This document shows positions 22,205 to 35,173 of a stretch of DNA of 38,139 nt, one piece after another. Position 1 is the stretch's first letter; every line of letters starts with the position of its first letter. The DNA is from Octopus bimaculoides (lineage: Eukaryota): NCBI RefSeq assembly GCF_001194135.2, contig NC_068985.1, positions 7,438,776 to 7,476,914 on the forward strand. The letters are read 5' to 3'. Both the position numbers and the translations under genes were made by a program. Under the pieces are notes generated by a model. That model was not told where the DNA came from. It worked only from the letters and a program-made list of their open reading frames with translations, and made no database searches.

Positions 22205-22403
22205 TACAGTTCTATATTTAAGAGATGAGGAATTATGTACATAATTTACATTATTTACATTTGACAGATATTTGTCCTCATCTTGTTTGTTGTTAACACA
22301 ACGTTTCGACTGATGTACCCTCCAGCCTTCATCAGGTGTCTTGGGGAAATTTCGAACCTGGGTTCTCATTCCTAAGGTATTTTTCGATGTTATTATTATT
22401 ATT
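22205..22403 (-). mobile_element. Non-autonomous Penelope-like terminal segment: (AAT)n, hammerhead, terminal repeat
   Basis: Minus strand: (aat)n-aacatcgaaaaatacc...gacacCTGATGAaggctggagggtacatcagtcGAAACGTtgtgtt...atgtacataattcctcatctcttaaatatagaact. Confidence 0.75.
22295..22340 (-). ncRNA. Minimal type I hammerhead ribozyme (predicted to act as a dimer)
   Basis: Helix I GACAC/GUGUU; core CUGAUGA; one extra A; helix II GGCUG/CAGUC; GAAA; loopless palindromic helix III (A-CG-U); cleavage triplet GUU (U17 = 22300). Confidence 0.75.
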
Positions 22404-22626
22404 AGTAATAGTAGTAGTAGTAGCATTACACACTCAACACACAATACAAACAGTAACACAACAAAAGACACAATACAGTACCGGGAAGAGTTTGCACAAT
22501 CCCAACAGCAGAGAAGAACACACAATACTGCACACACCCAGCAATACGGTGGTGTAGCAGGTGATGCAGCAGAAATTTGCCTCAATCTACCAAGTATTGA
22601 ACAGTTATATAATAACAATGATAATC

Positions 22627-22837
22627 CTTTCTACTATAGGCACAAGGCTTGGATTTTTGTGGGGAGTTAGACAATGGATCACATGGACCCCAGTACTTGA
22701 CTGATACTTAATTTATCGATCCCGAAAGGATGAAAGGCAAAATCGACCTCGGCGGAATTTGAACTCGGATTGTAAAACCGGTCGAAATACTGTTAAGCAT
22801 TTTGCCCGGCGCGGTAATGATTCTGCCAGCTCGCCAC
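22627..22837 (-). mobile_element. SINE family A, full length
   Basis: cgaaaggatgaaaggcaaaatcgacctcggcggaatttgaactc...ctgccagctcgcc. Confidence 0.9.
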
Positions 22838-23233
22838 ACAGGAAGTAACAATTTAAAATGGACGGAATGATACAATAGTTAGTTACTCGTAAATATTAGT
22901 TATGTCCATCTGCTTTCCATACAACACCAGCCCTGGCTATTCTCAATATATGACTCTCTTAAATTATTTGAAATACTATAACCGAGTCTTCCTTTATCAC
23001 AATATACAGGTCAACTCAAATCAAGCCAACTTACAAGCAGATATATCTGCCGTGACCATCTGAACTTTTTATTTCAAATCAGTAAAACTGCGTTATTTGA
23101 TGTCATTCTTTCCTTTTTAAGGTAATATTCTGCGTGTGTTAAAGAAAATTTTCTTCATAAAGCCAGATGAAAATCCAAACTTCAAAAATTAAAAACTTGT
23201 AATATTTCAATATTAACGAATGTAGTTTAGTGT

Positions 23234-23455
23234 AAGGCAGCGAGCTGGCAGAAATGTTAGCACGCCGGACGAAATGCTTAACGGTATTTCGTCTGCTGTT
23301 ACGTTCTGAGTTCAAATTCCGCCGAGGTCGACTTTGCCTTTCATCCTTTCGGGGTCGATAAATTAAGTACCAGTTACGCACTGGGGTCGATGTAATCGAC
23401 TTAATCCCTTTGTCTTGTCTTTATGTTTAGTCCCTTGTGGGCAATAAGCAAATAA
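23234..23455 (+). mobile_element. SINE family A, full length, with a degenerate 16-bp TSD
   Basis: Near-consensus body; flanks gaatgtagtttagtgt (23218-23233) / gaatctaatttattgt (23456-23471), 13/16 identical. Confidence 0.92.
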
Positions 23456-24238
23456 GAATCTAATTTATTGTTATAATAGCAGTTTAGTCTTTCCACCAAG
23501 CTCTGCATGAGGCTATGAACAAACGACTAGTCCGTGAATCATGAAAAGAAGGGAGTTTGGGCGAAGAAGCGACTTGAACCAAAACGTCAGAACTCACGTC
23601 TTGGTCACAGATAAATTTGCTTCTATGTTATGGTGGTGTTAACTATATATATATACTTTTTTTTACTTCGCAGACAATTACTCGTTTCCTCAAGCACAAC
23701 TTTGTCTTGTTTGTTACTTTTTTATTTTTATATATCATGTCCTTTCTTTTTGCTTTGTGTTTTTTTGATAAAATTATAGTCTACATATTTATTGCTGCTG
23801 CAGTCGTTGTTTGGTTGTTGTTGCTGTTACTAGTGTTAAATTTGCCAGTGCTGTTGTTGTATTTGTTGAGGTTTTATTATTATTTTATTGCTTCTACTTT
23901 ATTTTATTTATTATTTTCATGTTTAATGCTTTCTCTCGTTTACAATATACATTTTTAGTAGACACTTGGGTATAAAATTTTGAAGAAGTTTTGATAAATG
24001 ATAAATTATAAGAACAAGAAAACGGAATACCGTATCAATATATATCACATATTATCGTATTGACATTTGAGATAAATGGAAAAGTACTACGAGTGAGTAA
24101 AAACAAAGATAAAGTTATACGGTGGCAAAATATTACAGACTAACACTGGCCAAAACACAAAGGCATTTGTTTACAGTAACGTGGGATCGAACGTCCACTT
24201 ATCTCAGTTAGAAATAGTGTTTATAACATTGAATTATT

Positions 24239-24410
24239 CTTTTCTACTCTAGGCACAAGGCCAGTATGCAACTGGTACTTAATTTATCGACCCTTGAAAG
24301 AATGAAAGGCAAAGTCGACCTTGGTAGAATTCGAACTCAGAACGTAAAGACAAACGAAATACCGCTAGGCATTTCGCCCATCGTGCTAACGTTTCTGCCA
24401 GCTAGCCGCC
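24239..24410 (-). mobile_element. SINE family A with an internal deletion and 18-bp TSD
   Basis: Flanks ttataacattgaattatt (24221-24238) / ttatagcattgagttatt (24411-24428), 16/18 identical. Confidence 0.9.
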
Positions 24411-24497
24411 TTATAGCATTGAGTTATTACTAATTTAGGAACAAAAGTTTTAACTGAAGAACAACATCAGGTGTTCATAGCTAGTGTAAATATGAAT

Positions 24498-24880
24498 GTG
24501 GAGGCGCAATGGCTCAGTGGTTAGGGCAGCGGACTCACAGTCGTAGGTTCGCAGTTTCGATTCCCAGACCAGGCGTTGTGAGTGTTTATTGAGCGAAAGC
24601 ACCTAAAGCTCCACGAGGCAGGGGGTGGTGGCGAACCCTGCTGCACTCTTTCACCACAACTTTCTCTCACTCTCTCTTCCTGTTTCTGTTGTACCTGTAT
24701 TTCAAAGGGCCAGCCTTGTCACACTCAGTGTCTCGCAGAATCTTCCCGAGAACTACGTTCAGAGTACAAGTGTCTGTGGAGTGCTTGGCCACTTACTTGC
24801 ACGTTAATTTCACGAGCAGGCTGTTCGGTTGATCGGATCAGCTGGAACCCTCGTTGTCGCAACCGACAGAGTGCTACGAC
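24498..24880 (+). mobile_element. tRNA-derived SINE family C, full length, with a 10-bp TSD (central domain possibly Deu/Nin-type; uncertain)
   Basis: A box tggctcagtgg, B box gtttcgattccc; exact TSD aaatatgaat at 24488-24497 and 24881-24890. Confidence 0.88.
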
Positions 24881-25488
24881 AAATATGAATATCTGTCGCT
24901 TTCCCTTTGCTCTCTTACATTTCTCAAGAGCTTTTGAGTTGTATTGAGGAATCGAAACCGGATCGTTTGCACTAGTTCCTGCTCTAGCTACATTCATTTT
25001 ATGATACTTGGAAGTGTCATTGAAAGTGCCTATGTGTTCTTATAAATTCTTTAGACGTTTCTATTCGCCTTCACTACACCATGTACTTCTTTGTATGTTG
25101 ATAATTGTAGTACTGTGTGCGTTATTTTGTTGACTATTTCATTTTTGGAGTGGTGTCCTGTACTTGCTAAGAAATGAAAATAATCTCACTCAACGCAACT
25201 TCATAATTATCTTCAATTAGCTTTTTAAAGGTTTCTGAATTAAAGAAGTTAGCGCTGATTTATTTTGTTTCATTATATATCGCCATTAGTGGACAATGGT
25301 GTATTTAGATAAGATTTCCATCGAGTCAAGCAATAGTTCACGGCATTTATGAGAGAACAATTGACGATACAAAGAAAATGTCTTCGAAGACTTTCTGCAT
25401 GTAGTTTGGCAGTTTCTTTTATTGTTATCCATATCCTTCAATGTTATACATCAGTAAACTATACACACATATGCATTACACATGAAAG

Positions 25489-25563
<75 letters not shown>

Positions 25564-25569
25564 ATAGAT
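25489..25569. repeat. (GATA)n microsatellite
   Basis: Directly visible. Confidence 0.95.
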
Positions 25570-25705
25570 CTCTGCACTGTTTCTGTCTGCCAGATTGTAC
25601 TCATACGAAATTAGTCAATCAAAGGATATTACAGAAAGTCATTTGCCGAAGTTTCTTCTCGTATGTAATCGAACTCAGAACCGCGTATTTACAAACTGAC
25701 ATTTT
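25570..25705 (-). mobile_element. Very degenerate CORE-like SINE
   Basis: tttctgtctgccagattgtactcata...catttgccgaag...aatcgaactcagaaccgcgt loosely matches the reverse complement of the CORE-like family. Confidence 0.5.
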
Positions 25706-26289
25706 TCAATCAAATGGCTATGCCTGCAACTAAATATCAAGTGCCACAATACTATCAGACTCCGGTCAACTAAGATTATCCATGCAATCAGTTTAAAACG
25801 TCTGTTTAAAACGTAAGCCATGGAGATAGCTCCAATAACCTCGGATGGTGTAAATGCTCGCACAACACTGACAATGTAAATGGGAGCTGGTTTTACTTCG
25901 GAGAACAAATGGTAAAAATATGATGGGTTTTTTTCCTTCATATTTTCACGTTCATTGTTTAGGATGTGGGTAAAGAGACAAGGTGGATAACGATAAAAGA
26001 GATGCTACCAACGGTTGGGCTAAGGCAAATATCGAACGCGGTTTGCTAGTTCAGAAGAGTTGACGCTATTCGGCAATAGCAGAAAGTAGTGAAGAAAGCA
26101 GTATTGTCTGTGAATCAGTGGATGTAGCGTACTGGTGAGTGTGTCTTTGTGTCTTTGCTAAACATCCAAGGAGTTTATTTTAGTTACGGTTTTGAATATT
26201 TAGCCGCATCACTGACCCAGGTGATGAGTAATCTTATGTAGAGTACTCACCACTTATCAGCACATTCCAACCTGCAGCGATGATTGTAT

Positions 26290-27200
26290 GATTTGCAATG
26301 AGGCACACTCTGATAGTGATACTGCAAAGTACACTCGGCCAGAGCGTAATAGTTGTTCTTCCTCTGCACTGCTTGTTCGTGGTGTGCATCCAAGAACAAC
26401 ATTTGGGATCTGTGAGGCTAATGACGTTGCAACTATTTATGTATTCAAGTATTTTATGCGTCTGGGCTAAGTGAGAATTAAATGTTTCTGTATTTTGTGG
26501 TTAAGCACTGGGACGTTGTAAGTGTGTTTGAGCGCATGAAGCTGATTTTTCACATACTGACTTACCGCAGTGACAAACTCTTGTATGTCCAGGTCATTTT
26601 GCATTGTTTATATTTTTGTTTTGTTGTGTAGTTGATCTGCAAGTGTGAACTGTCCACGACCTGAAACGATGTATAGCATCCTTTTTGTTTTCTATATAAT
26701 TTATTGTGGTTTGCAGCAGACAGAATGGAACCCACGCAAGACTGATGCACTCTATGATGGATTTAATATATTGTTTCTACATTGTCGTTGTTACTTTCTG
26801 TTGACCCAATATGGAACTTCCATTGCTCTATGTTTTATTTTCTTTACTATATCTTCTATGTGTCTGATGAATTGGTGGAAGGGCTGTATGCAACTCCCCG
26901 TATTTTTGTCTTACTAATAAGAAGAGGGGCAGATGATATGATAGGTGCTGCTTTAGATCTATATGGAGAGAATCAAGATGGTTTCCGGAGTTTGAAATAT
27001 TTGTATAGCAGCATCTGGAGATTAGTAGTAGAATGTGAATTCGATGCTATCTACGTATGAAGCTGTATATTTTGTGGAAGTTAGAAGGCTGTATAAGTAT
27101 ACGTTGTAAAGCGTGGATATGAGAACAAATCCTTGTATTAATCTTACATTGTCCTTGTATTAATCTTACATTTGCTAGTGAAGAATCCCACAAGCGGCCA
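26290..27200 (-). mobile_element. Decayed LINE (I/Jockey group, apurinic-endonuclease type) reverse transcriptase and C-terminal remnant
   Basis: QGFVLISTLYNVYLYSL (27135 downward) is like QGSVLSPTLFNIY; SYVDSI (27049-27057) is like YADD; then HIEDIVKKIKHR, KQYIKSIIECISLAW, LSAANHNKL and QLLRSGR. Multiple stops and frameshifts; clade assignment tentative. Confidence 0.72.
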
Positions 27201-28281
27201 ATCAACCCGTAAGAAATTTCGACCAAATTTTTCTCAAATATTTCCATACCGTCTACAAAATGGATTCGTGGATTATGTATGTTGACCATCATTTGGCTGC
27301 AAATCGCTGCTCATTTAACTTTGCTTTCGTTCGTTTACTGTAGTCATTGTAACATTGATATTTTAGATTGCGGCACAGCTAATCAATCGCTTAATCAATA
27401 GAATTTCGGCCATCTTGACATTATAGTTGTCAAATTTGGGATTCTAAAAATCTCGAATATGTATTAGAAGAAGCATTTATGGTTATTGATTTCTCATTCT
27501 ATTAGTTTTCACTGTGAAGGTCTTTTAACTTTCTGGATACACGAAATACAAAATAGATGACGATAAAAATTGTTATCATCGGAAGATCTTAAGCGAACAT
27601 CATATGCAGCTTACTAATTCTAAAAAGTAGAAACTGTTTTTAAAATGGCAGAAGATGAAGAATGAAGAAATCGTCTCACTTATGAGCTGATAGATATAAT
27701 GAATTGCCGAGTGTGTCTTTGCTAAGCATCCTACTTCGATTCAATATTATTTCATCAGTTCTCTTTCGATTCATTTCAGACCATCATTTTCTCACACACT
27801 GATCTGCATGATTCTTACTTCTGAGCTGTTTAACCAGAATATTTATTTTACGCACAAAATTCTTCGTATCGTGGGTGTATTTTTCTTTGTTCAGATAAAA
27901 ATTCAGATGGAATGAAATTGGAATGCTTCCAATAACTGTGCAAAACAAAATCAATCCATTATATTTCAGAGCCTTTTACAAGTCCATTCAATAGGAAAAT
28001 TGCTGTATTGCCTTCAATCTGTACGAATAAATTTATAGCTTGTAAGGGTTGCTGTTGTTTAGTCCCGGTCAGCTTTCAACGAACTGACCTACGATCTAAT
28101 GCATCCCAGTATTATTCATCACGTCTTTTTGTCTTTCTAAAGCTATTTTGCTGAGTTCTTCCTTTCTTAAAACGACAAATTTTTTATATATATTTGGCTG
28201 TTATTTCTAGGAGGCAGCGCGATTTAGTAGAAGCTCAGTTTTGTTCCATTCTCTATTTATTTAGAGTCATGGTTTGCTTAT

Positions 28282-28282
<1 letters not shown>

Positions 28283-28350
<68 letters not shown>
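28283..28350. repeat. (CT)n microsatellite
   Basis: Directly visible. Confidence 0.95.
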
Positions 28351-28353
<3 letters not shown>

Positions 28354-28960
28354 CTCCTCTCTCACAATGGGTATCACTTTTTTCTCCTCCTTCTCTTTCA
28401 CTTCCTTCCATCTCGTTCTTCCTTTTTATTTCTCTCTTTCTCTCTGGACTTTATACAGATGATTGCTGTTGTCGTTTATCTGCTGGTCAACTCTGATCGA
28501 GTGGCTATTCCGGGTTTTTATTCATCAAACATCGTTAACAGAACTCCATTATCGTGTGTGTCCTTCCTTTTAAAACCGCAGAGGCAGGTTTTACTGCTAG
28601 ATCTAGTAGATCGAATAACAGGGTAGAAACTGTGGTGTTCGTCTGCCTCTATAAATAGTCCTTTATTATGATCAACAAGTTTTGAACTTATTCGTCCGAA
28701 GGACACGAAGCTGGCCACAGCAGTAAAATTTTCAAATTCTGGCACAATGACCAAAAGTACGTATTCTATCCTCAGAAAAAGTACCTTGGCCATAATTTCT
28801 ATACAACTGAGATTACAGCCAAAGCACGTGACTCTCCGTAGGTCATTTTCATGCAATCAACTGAGGTATATCTTTCCTACAACTGGATAAAGACCGGCCT
28901 TCCATTTCTTGATAACTTTTGACCTGGAGTTTCTGTTCTCCAACGTCAAGTATTGGCACA

Positions 28961-29131
28961 GGCGTAGCTGTGTGGTAAGAAGTTTGCTTCCCAACTATAT
29001 GGTTCGGAGTTCAGTCCCACTGCCTGGTAATTTGGTCAAATGTATTCTGCTCTAGCCTCAGGCCGACCAAAACTCTGTGTGTGCGTGTGTGTGTGTGTCT
29101 GTCTGTCTGTGTCTGTGTGTTATGCGTGTGT

Positions 29132-29163
<32 letters not shown>

Positions 29164-29372
29164 TTGTTTGTTCACCACCACCGCTTGACAACCAGTGTTG
29201 GTTTATTTACATCCCCTTAACTTAGCAGTTCAGCAAAAGAGAACTGTAGAATAGGTACCAGGTTTTTTTTTTAATAAACAATTGAATCGATTCATTCAAT
29301 TGAGCAATTCTTCGAGATGGTGTCCCAGCATGGCCGCCGTCTAATGACTGAAACAAGTAAAAAAATAAAAGA
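28961..29372 (+). mobile_element. CORE-like tRNA SINE, full length, with internal (TG)n
   Basis: ggcgtagctgtgtggtaagaag...gagttcagtccc...accgcttgacaacc...ggtgtcccagcatggccg...tgactgaaacaagtaaaa. Confidence 0.9.
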
Positions 29373-29989
29373 TAGGGATGAAAGGCACAAACGTGAAACG
29401 GCATTCGTTGTGAGATTTAGTCTCGAAGAAAAATTTCTAAGCGACTTAGAAATACAACATACTCCAAACAATATCCTCGAACTGACAGACACCGGCGTTT
29501 CAACGTAATTTTGCCTTATCAATGACTGCCGTTAGACATTTGTGAATTCATGAATGTTTTATAAATGATGTGCCATAGATACACTACTGAGATACATAAG
29601 GGATCTTCAGTGGGATCCCTACAACTCAGTCGGTTATAGCATAGCAGACACTAAATTATTTACATGTTTGCTCGCTATAATTCCTTGAACAAACTGTGCA
29701 TTATTTGCAAAAAGCAAATCGAATTATTGTACACCACTGTAGAGAGGAACGTAATATATATGAAAAAGAAACCTTTTTTTCTTTATCGCGTTTGGATTTC
29801 GAAGAAAGCTAGCATACCTATTTCGTTTAGCTGCGAAAATCTCATTTGTAATCTTTTCTGGTTAGTTTAGCTAAAGGAAATTTAGATCACCTATCAACAG
29901 AATATGTGTTTGTGGATCGCTGTTTCTATATCGTATTCTGTATGTCTACATGTGCGTCAGAGAGATTATGCGTCAGGAGGTATCTTTAT

Positions 29990-30960
<971 letters not shown>

Positions 30961-31800
30961 TCACATTTATTCTGTTTGATCGCTAATCGGTGAATCTTCA
31001 ATTCCGAAACAAAATATATTTTCCATCAGATAAACACTTCCAATTTATGATTATCATCTTATCCAGCTACATACAAAATAAAGTAGGAAACAGTTTGCTA
31101 GTCTATATTGGAATATTTTCTATTCAATAACGTATAATTATCAATGAATTCAATATACTATATTGTATTTCAGAGTAAGAATAACTGGCTACAACATTAT
31201 CTTATTTCATTGATTGAATGTATCAGTATATACCACACACATACTGAACTCTATATGCATAAATGTATATGAATGAGATTTTGCGGCCGTATTTAGACTC
31301 GGTCGTAGCAAGTATTTGTAGATGTGGCGAGTATTTGTAAATGCGTGTACTAAGAAGGATAATTGTGTTTGAATATGGCGGATAATTTATATGTGATATC
31401 GATGTATTCCTTCTGGCGAATATGTTAATTTCTGAACTTGATGACTTTGCTCTCGTGTGTGTGTGTGTGTGTGTGAATATCTTCTATAGAATGGAAAGCT
31501 GGAAAGTTTTCCCACCCGCTATTCCAAAAATCTCAGGAGTTCCTCACATCCTTGGTGCACTTAAATGTAATGAGTTAATGCCTTTCAGACTGCTGAGTAT
31601 CAAATATATACTTGCTCATGAGAAGGTTGATAACGATACACTTTCAAAATGTCTTACGTAGTTTTCGAAATCTACAATAATAATGTTTCAATCGCTTCTT
31701 AAAATATTACCTCCCCTTAAAACTGTTTGATTATCTCAGCGAAGCAGCATCAACTGTCTCATTAAACAAGCAGTTGTTGGTTAATATTGTTATTCATTTT

Positions 31801-31955
31801 CTGTCTTTACGTTCTGAGTTCAAATTCTGCCGAGGTCGGCTTTACCTTTTATCCTTTCAGGGTCAATAAATTTAGTGCCAGTTGCGTACTGGGGTCGATC
31901 TAATTGACTGGCTCCCTCCCCCAAAATTTCGGGTCTTGTGCCTAGAGTGAAAAAG
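31801..31955 (+). mobile_element. SINE family A, 5'-truncated, with an 18-bp TSD
   Basis: Flanks aatattgttattcatttt (31783-31800) / aatatcgttattcatttt (31956-31973), 17/18 identical. Confidence 0.9.
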
Positions 31956-33354
31956 AATATCGTTATTCATTTTGTTACATATATAATTATATATTTTTCA
32001 ATTGAGAGATAAAACTGCGAAGACGAGTACGTAGTTAGTTGCTAAAATTGGCTTGCGTAGAAAGCCTGACATTCAGGAAAAATTCATTTAAATAAAAGGG
32101 GCTTTTGGTAGTGAACAGAATGGAAATCACTGTTCTACTGCATCTAACTGAGGACATGTCTGATACTTGTTTTAACGACATTCGAATCGGATGAAAGATA
32201 ACATTTTATTAGACTGGGTTTGAACTCAAAACGTATATGGATGTGGCTAGAGTTAGATATTGTGTCCGACTTTGTAGAACATTTAATCTGTTGCTTTACA
32301 GTTTCTGCCATTTTTCCAGTGTCTTGCAGAGGAAATTTTCAAGTGATTTCCCAGTTTGCGAGAAACAGTAGCCAGATCTTCCTTCAATCACAACTTACAG
32401 CCTTAAAATTTTATATATAACGGATAGAATGGTCATGGCTAGAATATCTTGTATCATATACTTGATCAAAAGGAGCCGACCGAGGGTTAAACAACAACAA
32501 AAATCAGACTTGTAATCTAGAAAGAGTTCAGTAATTAGACTAGCGATCGACTGGTTCCCAGGTCGCTACGCTCAATTAGTCATAAGTTGGCAGTTTTGAG
32601 AACGAATCGTCTAGCCAAAGGACAAGTATGACTAATAATATTTTAATCATAGAATCGCAGAAAACTAAATCTCAGAAGCTAATCTTTCCTTTTATGAACA
32701 AGAGGAATCAACGGAACTGCTCACTTAGAGATGAGACACAAATGGCTCCATGGATAGAATGCCAGCCTTCCCCGCGTAGCATTTACTGTGAACAAAGGAA
32801 TGGAACTTAGCATTGTACACCAACAAAATTCTCGTCAAGTTCTATCAGTGCCATCATTTTACATTAGAATATTAGAATATGGTGCTTTTGTAGGAAGTTA
32901 TGTTTATCTGTGATGGACACAATACATTTGGAACTGGATAAGAACAAAAAATTCCCTATCTTTTTGCTTCCTCGGTTGTTTGCTTAGCATTCTACTGATT
33001 CAGTTACTCACAGCTTTTTGAAATTTATTGCAAAAGTCAAAATATAAGGAAGGCTATAAATAAAATTCTGCAAAGCAACGTGGTTAGCTATCTCCAAATG
33101 GTCTGAAGCTCAGAATTTCACAAAAATGCAATATGTCGTAGGTGTGAACGTGAAATTAAAAACGTAATGAGTTACGATTCACAAAAGACCAATGTTTAAA
33201 GAGGTTTTTCTTTTTATTCAGAATCCCCCCAAGCTAAGCTCTTAGATGAGAGAAAACAGGAGTGGCATTAATACTTCAAAAATTCTATATACACAAGCAT
33301 ATACACAAGGAGAGAGGATAAAATAAGTGATATAAGATTTAAATGAAATATAGG

Positions 33355-33467
33355 CAGAGAAAAAGTTTGTTTCCACACGACATGGATTCAGATCCACTGC
33401 GTGGTACTTTGAGCAAGTGTCTGAAACTATAAACTTGGGCCGACCGGAAACTAAAAGAAGCTCGTCG

Positions 33468-33503
<36 letters not shown>

Positions 33504-33722
33504 TCTTTGTGTGTCTGTGTTTGCTCACCACCACCAATTGACAACCGGTGTTGGTGTGCTTACGTCCTTGTAATTTGGTGGTTCGGTAAAATAGACCGAT
33601 AGAATAAGTACTAGCTGAAAATAATATTAAGCGCTGGGGCCAATTCATTCGACTAAAAATCCTTCAAGGTGGTGCCCCAGTATGGCCGCAGTCTAATCAA
33701 TGAGACCAGAAAGAGATTAGAG
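33355..33722 (+). mobile_element. CORE-like SINE, degenerate, near full length
   Basis: ccactgcgtggtactttgagcaagtgtc...(TG)n...ttgacaaccggtgttggtgtg...ggtgccccagtatggccgcagtc. Confidence 0.85.
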
Positions 33723-34221
33723 ATAAACGATATGAATTCAATGATAGGAACTGACGGCAATGGAATAAAGTGCAAGGGATCACAATAAAAGGGGCTGAAA
33801 AAAATGAAACAAAATTGGATGGAAATTTTAAAAAGACGCAATGAAGGCTCCAATGTGTGATTTCTTTACATCGTAAGCATCAGGCTGTTGCTTTTCATTC
33901 GTACTTAACCCGTCGGGTCAGTGAGGGAACCTTTATAGAATCACACGATCTTCCTCAAATCACATTGGATTATGTAGTCATAGATATACTATGCCTTTGG
34001 TCAATGGTCTGCTTAATCATGATTAGAGTTTTATCATATCAAGAAGAGCTTAATGTAATTCAATCGAGTAAGACAAAAACATAAAAAATCTCCGTCCTTC
34101 AACTGTCCTGAGAAGCAAAACTGTTTAATCGATAAAATGTAGGACAATCATCCCAACTGTTTGGAGTTTACATCAGCTGAAAGCATTTTGTTGCGAATTC
34201 AGACAGGACTCTACGAACCCC

Positions 34222-34691
34222 TGCGTTTAATGGCCTTTCTACTATAGGCGCAAGGCCTAAAATTCTAGAGGAAGAGTGCTGTCAATTATATCAACCCCCT
34301 AGGCAGCGAGCTGGTAGAATCGTTAGCACGCCGGGCGAAATGCTTAGCGGTATTTCGTCTGCCGCTACGTTCTGAGTTCAAATTCCGCCGAGGTCGACTT
34401 TGCCTTTCATCCTTTCGGGGTCGATGAAATAAGTACCAGTTACGCACTGGGGTCGATGTAATCGACTTAATCCCTTTGTCTGTCCTTGTTTGTCCCCCTT
34501 TGTGTTTAGCCTCTTATAGGCAATAAAGAAATAAATTACATCTACCCCGGTTCTCAGCTGATACTATTTCATCGACCCTGAAAAGTTGAGAGACAAAGTC
34601 ATCCTCGATGGAATTCGAACTCGGAACGTTAAGAAGAACGCAGCTAAGCATTTTGTCCAGCGTGCTAACGTTTCTGCCAGCTCGCCGCCTT
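34222..34691 (-). mobile_element. SINE family A (minus) interrupted by a plus-strand family A copy
   Basis: The tail half (34222-34298) and body/head half (34549-34691) join across the insert. Confidence 0.85.
34299..34533 (+). mobile_element. SINE family A, near-consensus, nested, with a 15-bp TSD
   Basis: Flanks aattatatcaacccc (34284-34298) / aattacatctacccc (34534-34548), 13/15 identical. Confidence 0.92.
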
Positions 34692-34712
34692 ACCTCCACT
34701 GACTTTAATATT

Positions 34713-34857
34713 CTTTTCTACGCTAGGCAGAAGGCCTGAATTTTGCGGGGAGGAAGCCAGTCGATTAGATCGACCCCAGTACGCAACTGGTACTTAATTT
34801 ATCGAGACAAGCGAAATGCCGCTAAACATTTCGCCCGTTCCTGCCAGCTCACCGCCT
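34713..34857 (-). mobile_element. SINE family A, internally deleted, with an exact 18-bp TSD
   Basis: tccactgactttaatatt at 34695-34712 and 34858-34875. Confidence 0.88.
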
Positions 34858-34861
34858 TCCA

Positions 34862-35011
34862 CTGACTTTAATATTAGAGCAATTTTACAGGAAACAAGGA
34901 GATTTCTCTTTCACCCGTTCAATTCAGTTCAACCGGAACTAATAATCAACTCTTGAAATTGCATTGTGAGTCCATAAGGGAACGTTTACAGTATTATTTT
35001 ATACAATGCTA
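34862..35011 (+). repeat. Unclassified ~130-150 bp repeat, second copy at 37365-37493
   Basis: Colinear similarity, e.g. ctgactttaatatt...ggagattt...tcacccg...ttcagttcaac(c/t)ggaac(t/c)aataatc...ataagggaacgtttac...ttttatacaat. Confidence 0.75.
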
Positions 35012-35140
35012 TGTGAATAAGGATTATTTAAAACCCCATTTCATTCTTAATTTAAATTATCTCCCTCAGAAAACATGTACTATAACTATAAAACCATGCT
35101 CTCTCTCTTCTTCTCTCTCTCTCTCTCTCTCTCACTTACT

Positions 35141-35173
<33 letters not shown>

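Noticed and set aside
22341-22670. ORF containing QYREEFAQSQQQ...GGVAGDAAEICLNLP
   Set aside because: Starts in a repeat element, ends in a SINE, derives largely from CA-rich low-complexity sequence and has no clear acceptor site.
24498-24575. tRNA-like sequences (also 967-1025, 20060-20120, 28961-29030) as tRNA genes
   Set aside because: They continue into SINE bodies, lack a proper acceptor stem and poly-T terminator, and some have TSDs.
27130-27171. 21-bp tandem duplication tccttgtattaatcttacatt(g)
   Set aside because: Ordinary slippage duplication inside a dead LINE.
28518-28856. 112-aa minus-strand ORF
   Set aside because: No recognisable motif or splice support.
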